Source of the DNA: Guillardia theta CCMP2712
Taxonomy: Eukaryota; Protista; Cryptophyta
Direction of reading: 5' to 3'
Length of the DNA stretch: 64,000 bases
Assembly: GCF_000315625.1 (NCBI RefSeq)
Contig: NW_005434670.1
Location: 558,016-622,015 of the forward strand
Position numbers and translations under genes: made by a program. The notes under the pieces are model-generated. The model ran no database searches and was not told where the DNA came from. It saw nothing but the letters and a program-made list of their open reading frames with translations. Shown here one piece after another: positions 1 to 13,611 of this stretch; positions within the stretch are counted from its first letter, which is position 1, and every line of letters starts with the position of its first letter.

Positions 1-2895
1 TCTTGTTAGACCTCCGAGGAGCGGCAGGCTCGCTCCTATCTAAGACTTCTCCCCTTCCTCCTCCTTCACTATGGGCTGAATTTCCTCCTCCTCCTGCATC
101 TTCAGCCGGTATCAGCAAAATCCCCCCACCCCACCACCACCACCACCACCTCCACCACCACCACCACCACCTCCACCACCACCACCACCACCTCCTCCTC
201 CTCCTCCTCCTCCTCTCCCTCTTCGCACGAACTCCTTCGCGTCTTCCTCTCTCTCCTCATCTCCCCCGCCTCCCTTCCCCTTCTCCCTTCACCTGGCTCG
301 CTCCCGCTGCCTTGAACTTCGGGTCCGGAAGGAGCGAGTCCAAACAGTCTGCGAGCACATAAGGAGCCTCCTCTTTCTGCTCGCCCTCACCTGGAGATTG
401 ATCCCCGTTGCTCCTCCTCTGGTCCACCGTCTTGATGTGACCGTAAAGCACCATCCCCAGAATCTGATGAGAGTGAGGAGAGGAGAGGAGGGGAAGAGGA
501 GGGATGGGAGGGGGAGGGGACAGGGGTGAGAAGCAGCGAGGAGGGAAGGAGAAGTCAGTGGCAGAGAGGAGGAAAGGAGGATAGGAGGAGAGAGGGCAGA
601 AGCGCGTGAGATGGTGAACGTGAAGGGAAGGGAGGGGAAGGGAAGGGAAGGAGGTGGAGGATAGCTACCGCTACGAACAAGCCGAAAAGATTCTTGATCT
701 CCTGCTTACAGCCATCAGTGGAGGAGAAGGAGGAGGAGAAGGCGAGGAGACGTTGGCGGAGAAGTAAGCGGGAGGGAAGAAGATGAAGCCGGAAGCCTGG
801 AGGAGCATGTGAGGGAGGGGGAGCAGAAGACAAGACGCGATCACGATGATCAGACAAGTCTTGGCATGCCCCACGACCTATCAAACGTCAGTGCCGGGTC
901 GGGAGTTTGCACGAGGGTGTCCAAGTCACCTGGAAAGTCACGGCCGACGTCTTTCCGATGAGGCCAAAGGACGTGACGTTCATCACCATCGCTATGAGGC
1001 AGGTAAGCACGATGAGCGCCACGTCCACTGCCAGCTGGGGTCAGAGCTGAAGGCAGAGAACAGGGGTAGCTGCGATCACCGTAGTTGGAGGAGAAGGTGT
1101 GCGAGGTAACGTTCTGCTGGGACAGTCAGCGGAGGTGACGAGCTGGGGGAGAGCTGGGGATCGACCGGCTCAACGACCACGACCGAGGCGAGCGTGATGA
1201 GCGTCTGACAGGCTCATGAGCTGTAAACCAATTGACACCGTCGGTCGGTACCTGGGGGAGGGCGATGCTGTGGGTGATCTGAATGGCAGAGAGACCGTGC
1301 TGCTTCTGCTTGCTCCCCTGCAGGTCCAGGACAAGCACAGGCGTCACCACCTTGTCTCCGAGATCCTCTAGCAGTCTACCTGCCACAGCTGGAACTGTGC
1401 CGTCGTCAACACTGCGATGACTGGAAGGAGGCATCAGGGATCTGAAGTCCTTCACGACCTCGCAACAACAAGCACAACGTCCCCGTCACAGGCACTTCAG
1501 GAGTCTCAGGGGGCACTCCAGCACAGGCAAGAGCAGCAGGCAGGACAAGGTCAGCTGCAGGACCTGCATACATGCACCCCTTCATGTTCAGCTGGATGTC
1601 AGTCACTGCCGGACCAGCTAGTCAGCGACCTCAGCACGTGCCGAGCTCTCACTCCACCTGTTGCGATCCCCACACCGGCAAGCAGCAGCCCGAGGCTGAG
1701 ACACCCGTTACCCACCACTGCCTTGACCCCTCCGACCCAACCTGATCAGCACGCGGTACGATACAGTCTTCCCCGACTTGGCGTACTCGATTCCCAGCAC
1801 CTGATCGAGCAACGTCATTGTCATGGAGCAGCATCGAAGGCGGCTGACCACAGGGATGATGCAGAGTTTGGTGATCTGATAGAACCCGACGGAGTTCGCC
1901 TGCCATAAGAATGATCCTTGTAGACAGGCAGTTGTGAAAGTCTCACTTGAAGGGAAAAGTTCATGAAGGCAATGGACAGAACTCCACAGAAGGCCGTAAG
2001 CCAGTTGTCTTTCTGAGCATGCAGGAATAAGGCATGGAAACGCCATGAAGGGAAGAAAAAGAGGAGAGGACAGGGGAGAAGAGCAGGGATGTGGAGAGAG
2101 AAGATGTGGCGGGAGATCGGGGGAGATGATGCGATGAGAGCCGGGGATCGAGCAGAAAGGAGGAGAGAGGAGACGATAGCAGGAGGATCTCCAAACCGTC
2201 TCCATGTGTTTCACTGATGACCCGAAGAGCTTGAACTGCGTGACCCCCTCGAGGAAGACGGTGGTCGCGATGAAGTGGCAGAGAGTCAAGCTGAGGACGA
2301 AAGTAAAACCGTACCTGCGAGGGAACATCAGCCGGCAAGATGGAGGAGGAAGCTGGAGGAGGGAGGAGGGAGGGGGAAGAAGAGGAGGGAGGAGGGAGGA
2401 GGGAGAAGGGAGAAGGGAGGAGGGAGAAGGGGAGGGAGGAGGAGGAGGGAAGGAGGATGCGCTCCTCCTTCTCGAGGAGGCTCACGCTGCTACTCAGCTC
2501 GGCTACAACACGGTCCGACGCTGCTAGACGCTAGGGAGCACCTGCTGTGANNNNNNNNNNNNNNNNNNNNNNNNNNNNNNNNNNNNNNNNNNNNNNNNNN
2601 NNNNNNNNNNNNNNNNNNNNNNNNNNNNNNNNNNNNNNNNNNNNNNNNNNNNNNNNNNNNNNNNNNNNNNNNNNNNNNNNNNNNNNNNNNNNNNNNNNNN
2701 NNNNNNNNNNNNNNNNNNNNNNNNNNNNNNNNNNNNNNNNNNNNNNNNNNNNNNTTACAAGCCCGCCCACATCGCCACCACCTGCGGTCGGCATGCAAGG
2801 AGGTCAGCCGGGAGCAAGAAGTTCACATGTGAAGAGACCAAGTTTGACGACATGGCGGGCTTCGACTCAGCAGGTGCGTCCGAACCTCCAGACAT
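1..2895 (-). CDS. Nucleotide-sugar transporter, UXT/SLC35E3-like (TPT/EamA superfamily); multi-exon, spans an N gap, 3' end near or beyond the window edge
   Basis: Exon peptides: MSGGSDAPAESKPAMSSNL, VVAMWAG, YGFTFVLSLTLCHF, ANSVGFYQITKLCIIPVV, GVGIAT-VTDIQLNMKG, QGSKQKQHGLSAIQI, GHAKTCLI, LGMVLYGHIK. NSVGFYQxxKL and GHxKT are characteristic of UXT/SLC35E3. Boundaries approximate. Confidence 0.85.
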
Positions 2896-3738
2896 TGCAC
2901 TAGTAGAAGTCTCAGTTGGGAAGAGGGGAGGGGGGGCAGAGGCTACCTGCCCGGGCGAGTCTGCACTTTCACGTTAGAGAAACGTGACTGTATGATTCAG
3001 TCCTTTCGCTCTTCCGTACAAGAGCGATCCGAACAGCTAGGAGTCAGATGCTGGCTTGTCTTGTGTGTTGAATGCTGGTAATGAAATCGTAAGGGACTGA
3101 GAGGAGAGCTTGAGTGTGTGAGGCTGTCTAGTATCAATTTCCGGGATCAGATCCCATTATCTCGAGTGTCTGCATGCGTACAAGCACAGGATGTGACTTG
3201 CCGTCGACCGTTCCATCACGACAGCCCTTTGAATACGAAGCTAGATTCTCATTTTCTCCTCCTCCATCCAACCGCATCTGCCGAGCATCGAGTCCTCCTT
3301 CCATCCTTCCTCTGATCCTTCCTGCCCTTCCTTGACCCTCTCCTCCTCCTCGCCCTCCTCCTCCTCCTCCTCCTCCCCTTCCTCTCCCCTCCCCTCCCCC
3401 GTCTCTTCCTCCATCTCGCCCAGCAGGATCACGCGGGTAAGTTGAAGGTAAACTTTGAAAACTTTGAGCCGAAGTTTGAATGTTGTGCTGAAAGTTTTCA
3501 AAGTTTCCTTCTTGGAGTACCCCTGCTTCGACTACCCCTTACCCATCACCCTTTGTACCTCTACCCCCCACCCCCTACCCCCCATTCTACTAAGGCTCAA
3601 CCCTATTCCTCAAATCTTCCTCCGGTGGTTCATAACAGTCTCCTTATTTTTCAATATTTAACTATACGTTTGAAATAATTTCAGAGTGCCCGCTGATAAA
3701 AAAAAACCGAGCCCCGCGTGCGCGTGGAGTAGGTCGCC

Positions 3739-4999
3739 ATGGGCAAGCACACTAAGAAGGTGAGGAGGATGATGGCGATGGCGATGGCGATGGCGACGAG
3801 GAGGAGGAGGGAGGAGATAGCATGAAGAAGATGATTTTGCTTCTTATGTTGTTGCTGATGATGTGAAGATGTGAGGAAGAGAAGTTGACTGATTATGCTG
3901 CAACGATGTTTTGATGTGAACACGAGAACGAGGATGGGAGTTGTGGTCGTGTTGCGGCAGTGGTGTTGTTTTCACCGCTAAAGAGCAAAGTTCTTGGCAG
4001 CGAGATGACGAGTGTGGTCTGCTCGGAGAGGGAGGGAGACTGAACGCAGAGTAGAAGAGTTGAACGTCAGAATGTGGTGCTTTCACGAGGTTGTGGATGA
4101 GAATGGGTGGTTTTGCCTCTGTTCTGTGTCGTGCTCAAGTAGCTCAAGTTTGGTCTGCGTTATGTGCAGCCATGCGCGAGCTCTTGAGTCAACGCGTTGG
4201 AGGAGATTTCTGAACCGGCGAAGAGGAGCAGTTAAAAGAGCAATGCGGTTGGGGGGACGGGACTGGGAGATAAGTGGGTTCGACCATGGGGTTGGTTGTG
4301 AGAGACAGCTGTGTGAACATGTCAATGGCATGCTGTATGTAATGAAGTGAAAGGATGTGAAGGTTGTGATCATGACTGGATACTTGCCTCTTGTTTGCCG
4401 GTGTATGTAGTTGTGTATCCTTGTTTGCTGTCCTGTCTGTGCTGGGCCGATACTTGGACGTTGCAGCGAGAGGAAGAGGAGCGGATTCATGAGAGGGAGA
4501 GGAGGAGGAGAGGAGGATTACTCCATGTTGGGACGTACGGGCGCTGACTCGTCGTGCTTAGGTTCACATCACTGGTAAGTACGGAACCCGTTATGGTGCT
4601 TCCCTGAGGAAACAGATCAAGAAGATTGAAATCACCCAGCATGCCAAGTACACCTGCTCATGTTCGTCCTTGTCCTCTTCCCGTGTGCCGTTGTTGTGAA
4701 CGTGGTCGTGCAGTCTGCGGAAAGGATAGCGTGAAGAGACAAGCTGTCGGGATCTGGAAGTGCGCGTCCTGCAAGAAGTGCATCGCCGGCGGAGCCTACA
4801 CTCTTAACACTGTGAGATGACAAGGATGTTGTTATGATGATGATGATTATCACTTGAATGTCTTTGTTATCATGATGATGATGATGATGATGATGATGAT
4901 ACTTGATTCTGTCTAGGTTTTGTTCTGACACTGTGACAGCCTACTGCTGCTACCGTTCGCTCTGCCATCCGTCGTTTGAGAGAGTTGGTCGAGGCATAA
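3739..4999 (+). CDS. RPL37A: 60S ribosomal protein L37a (eL43), 4 exons
   Basis: Spliced via GT-AG introns: MGKHTKK|[33 protein letters not shown]|[33 protein letters not shown]|[19 protein letters not shown]. Contains the C4 zinc finger. Intron 1 is ~800 nt. Confidence 0.97.
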
Positions 5000-5500
5000 G
5001 TTTTCCGTGTTATGTCGAGGCAATAAAGTGGAAAAACAAAACATGTGGTGAAACTTGAGGTCTTGTGCGATGTTAAATCGTGAGATCATCTATCGCTCCC
5101 ATCCCTCGCTTGTTGTTTCATGTTGGTTTGCATCAGGTTTGATGACATGGAACAACAGAAATATTCTGACTTTTCATGTCATGAGATTGCTTTCATCCTC
5201 TGAAGCTCCTCTGCGAGACGATCCACGACCTGCACCATGTCAGTGAGCAGAGGACCAGGAGAAAGGGAGAGAATGGACCTGCTTTATGTACACACAATCG
5301 CACTCAAAGGTGTTTTCCTGGTATCTGTCCCTGTAGAACTGAAGATGCCGAGTCAGTGACGGGCGGTCAGGCAATGAGAGAGTTCAGTGAAGAGAAAGGT
5401 CATGTTTGCCAGGAATATAGATGCACTGCAGGATGGATGGCTGGATGGATGGATGGATGGATGGATGGAGGGAGGGAGGGAGGAAGATGAATTTCTGAGC

Positions 5501-7128
5501 TCATTGAATGTCGACCTGGAGGAGTCGCTGCGCTGCCCCCGTCCTCTGCCTGTTCCACAAGCTCTCCAGGTCGCTGGTGGACTGGAAGAAATTCTCCGAG
5601 AAGAAGGAGGGTCGAGATCTCTTGTCCTCCTGCCCAACATCTTTAGTTGAGTTTCCCCTCGTTACCGCTGTTGGTGTTGGTGTTGGTGTTGGTGTTGCTG
5701 CTCCTCCTCTTCGTCCTCCTCCTCTTCCCCTCCCCTTCCTAACTATCTTCCTCCTCGTCCCCTCATGCACCCGATCCTGCTCTTCGTTGTGCACCCCCTC
5801 CGCCCCACCTCCCCCCCCCCCCCCTCGCTTCCTCGACTCGATCCCTCAGCCTCCTCACGCTCGTCACCTTGGGGACGTGGCAGGACGACAGACACTCTAC
5901 GATGAGGCTCAGGGCGACCTGCGAGGCTCTCAGAGGCGACGAGGAGCCACCAGCTCCCTTACCTCGCTCATGCGCATGATGCGACGAAACTGCATGTCCA
6001 CGGCCTGAAACTGTTGGAAGCAGGCGCGTCAGCTCCTCCCGTAGCAAACTGCCGGGACGCCCGTCCTCGTCCACTCACCTGGAACTCCAACGATCGTCTC
6101 TTATGCCTCGTCTCCATGTCGTCCTGCATCTCTGTCAGAAATCCTTCCTCCTCCCCTTCCTCCTCCTCTCCTCCTCCCCTTCCTCCTCCTCCTCCTCCTC
6201 CTCTTCTTGAACCTCGTCGTCATCCTGCGAGATCCTCTGCTGCTGTAGATCACAATATCTGCGACATAAGGTGAGCATCTCCCACCTTGCCCTTCACATC
6301 TCCCTCTTCTCCATCCCAGCGCGCCTGTCTCCTCCTCCTCCTCCTCCTCCTCCTCCTCCTCCTCCTCCTCCTCCTCCTCCTCCTCACCTCGACCAGAAGC
6401 TCATAGCTCCTCCGCTCGTCAGCCTCCCGCTGCTCCTCCCGTCGGTGATGGCGAGGCCCTTGTGGGCGGTTCCCATCCACGCGTCTCCTCCACATCCACA
6501 CAAGTGCTCCACGATCTGCAGGCGAAACCTCAACGGACCATATTGTCTTCCTCCCTCTCTCTCTCCCTCCCTGCCTCTCTTGTTGTATCCATGAGGAGCT
6601 GCCTTCTCATCATCTCTTTCTACAGCTTCTTCCTTCCTCTCCCCTCGTCCTCTCTTCCTTCCTCACCCTGCAGAAGAAGCTGATGAGCGACTCCATGCCG
6701 AGGTCCTTCTTGCTGCTCGAGCTCTCCCACAGCATCGCGCGATTCTCCCGGCTCGGGAGGATGCGGAGGCAGTGGAAGGGCGAGACGAGGAGGCGAGAGG
6801 GGTCCTCGGAGGAGACCCACCCCACCCCGCCAGCTCTGAGGAGGAGGAGGCGCATGATGAGCTCAGACGTCTGCAGCATGTGCACCGCCTTTCTCGCGCC
6901 CTTGGAGAGCTTCTTGGAGGGCAGCGACGAGAAGTTCCCCAGCCATCCAGCCGACGGGTCGCCCGCCACGTGCTGCCAGAAGGAGGACTTGGAGCACTCG
7001 AGGAAGAGCACGGAAGCAAACTCCCCGATCCAGTCCAGCAGCTTCCCGTCCAACTCCCTTGACATGTTCACGTACTTGCTCCACTTCTCAGCCGCCGCCG
7101 CCGCCGCTGCCGCCGTTGCTGATCCTCG

Positions 7129-7160
<32 letters not shown>

Positions 7161-10100
7161 ATCCTGCTCGGGGCACTGTACCACCCGCTGTCCCGTTCTG
7201 CAGAGCGGAGGCTTCTTGCTTCAGGCTGAACCCTCCCATCTTCTCTATCAGGAGCACAGCCTCCACCACCAGCCGCCGCTCCTCCACCAGCTCCCCCAGC
7301 TCCTCCCCGGGGGCAACGCCATCGTTGCTAGACGCGGCGAGGAAGAGCTCGCGGAGGAGCAGCTGGTGGTTCCAAAGAAACTGTAGGGCAGGCAGCAGAA
7401 GCGCGCTCCCCTCCGCCGCGTCATGCAGGAGGGCGACGAAGAGTTTGAGCGTTGGGAGGAGGAGGAGGTGGAAGCGCTGGCAGAGGACTCCTCCTGTCCC
7501 GTCGGAGCGGAGGAGCGAGCGGACCTGACTCTCGCTCGTGATGTGGGAGCGGAGAAAGGAGGCTCTCGCCAGCTTCTGCATCACTTTCCCCTCGGTCAGC
7601 TCCGACAGCCCCTCGGGGTCCTGTGCCAGCTGCAGGAGGATCGAGACTTTGCAGGTGAAGAGAAGGAGGAGGGGCTGCCGCTCCTCTGTGCGCGTCACGT
7701 CCAGCACCTCCCCGAGCTGAGAATGTCCGTCCAGGTCGTCGGTGAGATGGTCCACAAGCGAGAAGTGCGCGATGATGCCTCGCAGAGACAGCGAGTCTCC
7801 TGCTCCTTCCCCTGTCTCCACGGAGGAGCCCTTGCTCCGTCGCGATGAGCAGGGAAGGATAGACTGGATGACTCCAAGTGCGAGGGCCCTGCTGTCCTCC
7901 TCCTCTCCCATCGGCTTGTCGTGGCGGACGGCGATGTCGGCCAGCGCCACCTGGAGGAGCGAGAGCTTGTGCTGCTTCATCACCCTCTCCACATCTCCCA
8001 CCCTCCGCCCCGACGGGCCCGGGGTGGCAGCGAGCGGCTCGCTGGAGCTCCTGAGAAACTCGAGGAGCTTGAGGATCGCAGCGTAAAGGTCCCCGCGCAG
8101 GGCGACGCTGCTCCTGGCCTGCGTCCTCATCGGGAGGGCCATGATGAAGTCCAGGAAGCCGAGGAGGGAGGAGCGAACCTTGCTGGCGCTCGAGGGGTCG
8201 CGGCGGGAGGAGGAGGCGACGGCCGCGATGACGATGCTGAGGCAGCGGATAAGGTGGGAGGCGACCTGCGGCTGCGAGAGGGAGGTCTCGACCCTCCTGA
8301 GGAGGTCCAGGAGGTCGAAGAGGAAGACGTGGTAGTCCGGTGGCTCCAGCCGAAGAATCGCGCTCATGCTCCCCTGGAACAGCACCTGCTCCAGGACGTC
8401 CTGCAGGCCGCACAGCAGGTGCTCCCTCGCGCTCCTGCAGCGTCGGACCGTGTTGTAGCCGTCGTAGGGGCCGAGGATGCGCTTCCTGATGTAGTGCTCC
8501 GCCAGCGCGTCCAGCAGCTTCTCGTTCCTCTCCCCGTCCACCCGTCGGCTCGACAGGACCTTGAAGAGCCGGTCTTGCATCCTCTTCTCGTCGCACATGA
8601 GCAGCATGTCCGTCCACCGGTCCACGGGCCTCGTGCAGTCCTGGATGTCCGCGTCCTCCAGCAGTTCCGGCAGCGCCTCGGAGTCATCCATCTCCACGTC
8701 TGGCACGTCGATGGCCTCCACGAGCAGCAGCTGGAACTTGCCCCTGCTCCACACGGGGAAGCTGCGCTCCCCGAGGCCTCCTAGAAGGCTGCTGGCGTTC
8801 CCATACCCCCCCGAGTACTCCGACTCCCCGAATAGAACCTGCAGGAGTTGCTGCACGTCGTCCCTAGACACGCCCCCCCTCTGCCTCGAGGACGCGGCCC
8901 CCTCCTCCAGCGACGAGCGGGAGGTCGCCAGCAGCACGGCAAGGATCCTCATGTACCATCCGCACACGTGGAAGAACTTCATGCTCCACTCCAGCACGTC
9001 CTGCAGGCACTTTTCCTCCTCCTCGATCGCCCAGCGGAGCTCCATCAGCTCCACGAGCAGGTCCAGCTCGGACGAGTCCCGGTGCACCCCCGACGAGGAC
9101 ATGTACTCGGGGATCTGCCGCACCCACTCCTCCTCCGCCTCCTCGTCCGGCTTGTCCCTCTTCCCGCTGTCCCACAGCTTCTCGAAGGGCATCCCTTGCT
9201 CCCTCTCCTTCCTCCCCAGCTCGCCTCCCCCCAGCAGGTCCTTGATGTTGCTCCTCACCGCCTTGATCACTGCGTTCTGCCGCTGGAACAGGTCGAAGGG
9301 CATGCTCCTCCCCAGGCTCACCAGCAGCCCGTCGGTCTGCAGCCTCTTGCCCTCCCCTCCTCCGGCTCCCTTCCCCTCCACCCTCCTCGGCTCCATCAGG
9401 TACTGGATCGTCGCCTGCCGAGTCCCCCGGTGCATCGTGAGGCGGAAGAAGATCTCCATGCACTGCTCCCTCCTCTGCATGTTCCCCTGCAGCAGCGCTC
9501 GGCTCTCCATGCTAGCCTCCACCTCGTTCTCCATCATGCTCGTCTCCTGCCCCCTCCCCCCTCCCTGAAAGACCATCTGGTTCAGCATCTCCCACTCGCT
9601 GCTCCACCGCTGCGTGTCCGCGCACAGCTCATAGAGGACGTTGAGCAGGCGACACGCCGGCGCCATCCTGTTGAGGTCCGTCTCCCCCATCTGGAAGCAG
9701 TCGAAGCCCAGCAGGTAGTGAGCTGTGCAGCACTCGTCCTCCACGTGGCTCAGCGAGTCGAGGAGGAGCTGTAGGAGGCAGCCGGACACCTGCGGGTTCG
9801 CCTCGGGCGACTGCAGCCACGATCCGAAGGAGACGATGATGTGCTCTCTGAGCGAGCCCCGGCATCGCTCGCGAGGATCTGGAACACCTCCTCGTCCTTC
9901 TCCTTGCAGATCAGCTGCAGCAGCTGGATCGCCATGCCCGCCAGCGTCGGCTCCTCTTGCAGGGCTGCATAGCACATGAGGGTGACCAGGAGGCTCGACG
10001 TCTTGCGCCCGCTCGTTCGGCTTCTCCCTCGCTCTGACAGCACGGCGTCCACCAGCGCAAGCGTGTAGTACTGCTCGATGGACAAGCAGATGGAGAGAGC

Positions 10101-13100
10101 GACGTGGAAAAGGCGAAGAGCCATCTCTGCGACAATGTCAGCAGGAGCACCCTCTCTCCCTCCTCCTGCTCCTCCTCCTGCTCCTCCCACCCCCCTCCAC
10201 TCCCCCCACCATTTCTATCTCCTCCTCCTGCTCCTCCCCCCCTCCCCACCCCCCCACCCCCCACCATTTCTATCTCCTCCTCCTGCTCCTGCTCTTCTCC
10301 TCAACCCCCTCCTTGCCTCCTCGTTTCTCACCAATGGTGCTGGCAAGGTGCGGCAGCTCACTCTGGATCTCACTCTCCTCGGCGATCTATAGAGGAATCA
10401 GCACCAACACACTCAGCATCCTCCTCCATTGTTTCCCTTCCTCCTCCCTTGTTTCCCTTCCCCCTCCCTTGTTTCCCTTCCTCCTCCCTTGTTTCCCTTC
10501 CTCCTCCCTCGCTCCTCCCTCGCTCCCGCCTGCCTTCCTCGCTCGCTCAACCTCTTCCCCTCATTCCAACTCCTTCTCCTCCGTTTGTCACCTGCAGCCC
10601 GAGCACGAGAATGCTCAGCACTTGCGAGCGGAGGCTCCAGCCACCGTTAGCCACGTCACTCTCGGAGAGCACGATCCAGGACAGGACCTGCAAGCACACG
10701 CTCACTCAATGGATGTCTTCCCTTCCTCCACCCTTCCTCCTCCATTTTTCCTCCTCCCTATGTCTGCCTCCCTTTGTCCTCCGCCCCTCCCCTGTACCTG
10801 GTCAAACAGCGGCCTCCCGCCATGCAGCGACCAGTCGCTCGATCCGCTCCTCATCGTCTCCATCATCGTGTTGAGGAAGGTGACCACAAGGCGCAGAACC
10901 GCCGTCGACACCTGCCACCGGTGGCTCGCGTTCAAGAACGAGCCCCCGTTGCTCTGCGACGCCTCGGCCGGCGGCAGCAGCGCGATGCAGCTCTGGAGCA
11001 CCTGGATCGTGTTATCCCTGTACGGGATCTCCCGCTCGAAGATGGTGTTGAGGAGGCGGAGGAACGAGAGGGTGTGACTGTACGTCCCCCTCCTCCTGTC
11101 GATATCCAGGAACTCAACGTAGAAGGCTGTCACTTGCCCTGCCGTCCACTGCTGCCTCATCTGAGGGTGCTGGTCAAGCACCTGCACCGTCTGCAGCACA
11201 GTCCCTTGCATGAAGTCCCTCCAGATGACTAGTACGATGTCGTGCACCGAGCCCAGCTCTTGGATCCCGTGGTTCTGCACGTGCACGCAGTAGGCGGCCA
11301 GCGAGTCCAGGAGGAGGACGATCTCAGCCTTGATCTCCGGGGCGAGCGGCATGGACCACAGCAGGAACAGCTCCTGCATCTTCAGCTCGTGCGACAGCTC
11401 GTACTTGATGTCAGTCAGCGTCTTCCCCACGTTGTTGTGGAGCTGCTTGATCGCCCGCAGCAGCGACTGCAGCAGTCGCAGCCAGTTCACGTGGTACTCG
11501 ACGGTGTCACACTCGAACCTCTCCGAGACCTGGTCCGCATTCATGACAAAGAAGCCCTCCTGGTGGGTCTGCAGGGCCCGGCCTCGGCTGTGGCCCAGGT
11601 AGGAGGACACCATCTGTTGCCGCTCGGCGCTCACGTAGTACCCCGAGCTGCGAGGGAGCTCGAGCTCGAGGAGGCGGCAGATGCTGCTGGCGTACTCCTG
11701 CAGCTCACGGATGAGGTTGCTGGGGTTCAGGTTGCACAGCCGGTCGTTGGAGGTGAGGAGAGGTTCAATCTGCTGCACCAGCTGCTCGAACCAGTCCACG
11801 AAGACCCCGGACTGCGCCCTGTCGGTGACCTGGGAAGGGATGGAGTTGAAGAGTGCATGAAACAGCTCTAACAAGGCGCTCCTGAGGGAGACGCGGAACC
11901 TGACGTCCTCCTCGTTGCTGATGTGCTTGATCACCGTCTTCTTCAGCACCTCCAGCGCTCCTCTCTCGAAAAGGGAGCTCCCGCGCGTCTCAAAGAGCGC
12001 CTGCGCCATTGCGGGAAGGTTCGCATAAACCTTGGCAGTGGATCCCAGAAGGTTGATCAGCATCTCGTACTTGGGGCTGGGAAACCCTTGCTCATTCCCC
12101 ACCTGCAGCTTCACGACCTCATCAAGGATCGGATTCATCAGGATGTTGTCCAGAAAGTTCTCCATGTCTTTCCAGATCCTTTCGCGGTAGTCCGACCAGC
12201 GGTCCAGCAGCGAGCACGGGAGGATGTTCGTGTTGACGAACGTGAGGGCGTGATGGCTGACCGCGTGCTTCACATACCTCCTCCAGTTGTCGTCCGAGCA
12301 GGCCAGCGCCAGCTGGGCAAGGAGGAGCTGGATGAACCCGACATGGGGGCGGCGGGCACTGTCCCCCAGGATCTCCTCCTGCCCGCACTTGAGCTTGCGA
12401 GCCATGCTGTCGATGAACGGCTGCCACTTGCCAGGATACACCAGCTGACCTGCCTGCACGGCTCGGCAGATGGCGCAGGATACCATCGTCCCGTAGAAGG
12501 TCACGCACTCGTCCCGGGCGTTAATGCCGGCCTCCTGCTTCTCCCGGGTCTTCTCCATCTCAAAGCCCAGCTTGTCGAAGAAGAAGGAGAGGGCGACGTT
12601 GAGGTTGCCCTCGAAAACGTTCCACTGCAGGAGCTGAAGCTTTGATTGGTCTGGGATGCTCAGGATGCCTTGGAGGATCTCGCAGAAGAGGCACATCTCT
12701 CCCTCGATGCCGTTCCTCTTCTCCTTGGACGCGGCCTGTGTCAGCCCCACCAGGGAGGCGTGCCTGTCAAGGTTGTCCTTGAAGGCCTGCACCACTTTCT
12801 CGCACACCCGCATGTCTCCCTCTGTCAGTATCTTGTGGCAGATCTTGTGCTGAGCCAGCCAGCCCTCCGTCATGTCCTCCGTGTTCTCCAGGTCCCTCAG
12901 GATTCTGCAGATCAGCGTCAAGACTCTCCTCTGCTGCGCAAAGTAGTGCTTGAACGCTTCGCGTTTGATGACTGCGTCGTTGGCGTCCGACGTGGACCTC
13001 TTGGCCAATAGGACGAGGTGGAGGGACCGCACGAGGTTCTCGCGCAGCTCCCTTGCAACCTCCAGGGCAACGCTGAGGATGGGATCGATCTCGTGGGAGG

Positions 13101-13611
13101 CTATCGGCTTGTCCTTCATGTCGGTGAGCCCGACCTTGGCGAAGTCCGCGAGCGCCGAGTCAGCAACGTACCTCTGCAATGCGTTCGGGCCGGCCTGCAC
13201 CAGGATCTTCTCGAAGGTGAACACCTGTGCGAGCCTGCTCTCGATCTGGGCGGAAGACGACTGCAGCTGGGGCACAGGCTGGGCACTTTGCATCATGGAG
13301 AACTGGCCCATGGGGTTGCCCGGCGGAAGGTTCACTTGAGTTTGCATCTTGAGATTTTCTTCGAACTGACGCCTCTTCTCGTACCCCGCGAAGAAAGGGC
13401 CCAGGAGCTGCTCCCGAAATTCGCTCCCGTTGTTGCCGATGGCCTTACCGAAATCATCTGAGTCATCGCCGGCCAGGGCCCGTTCGAGGCTGTCCAGCTT
13501 GGCAAGATCGAAGACGGGGGGCAGCTCCAGATTCATCTGGGGCATCCCTGGCATTGAGCCCCCCATGGCGAACCCTGGAGCCGACGGAGCGGTTGCACCG
13601 CCAAACATCAT
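5501..13611 (-). CDS. NUP205: Nuclear pore scaffold protein Nup205 (Nup192-like); multi-exon, 3' end approximate
   Basis: Large exons 10702-13611 and 6610-9975 with Nup205-like segments: LAPEIKAEIVLLLDSLAA, VEFLDIDRRRGTYSHTLSFLRLL, HRWQVSTAVLRL, LLDSL...AHYLLGFD, KVSILLQLAQDPEGLSELTEGKVMQKLA. About 2000+ aa and helical. Small exons appear to continue to ~5500. Confidence 0.8.

Noticed and set aside
2501-2550. ~50-bp inverted near-copy of NUP205 coding sequence (8410-8460, GYNTVRRC...REHLL) inside the transporter gene
   Set aside because: It abuts an N gap and degrades with indels like a low-quality read end. Most likely an assembly artefact rather than a real duplication.
4812-4940. C/D snoRNA in RPL37A intron 3
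   Set aside because: The TGATGA matches come from a (GAT)n microsatellite, and the CTGA is the branch-point motif.
6683-13461. Many long + strand ORFs overlapping NUP205 (likewise antisense ORFs over H3, NEK and the retrotransposon)
   Set aside because: Shadow ORFs caused by high GC3 codon bias on the real coding strand.
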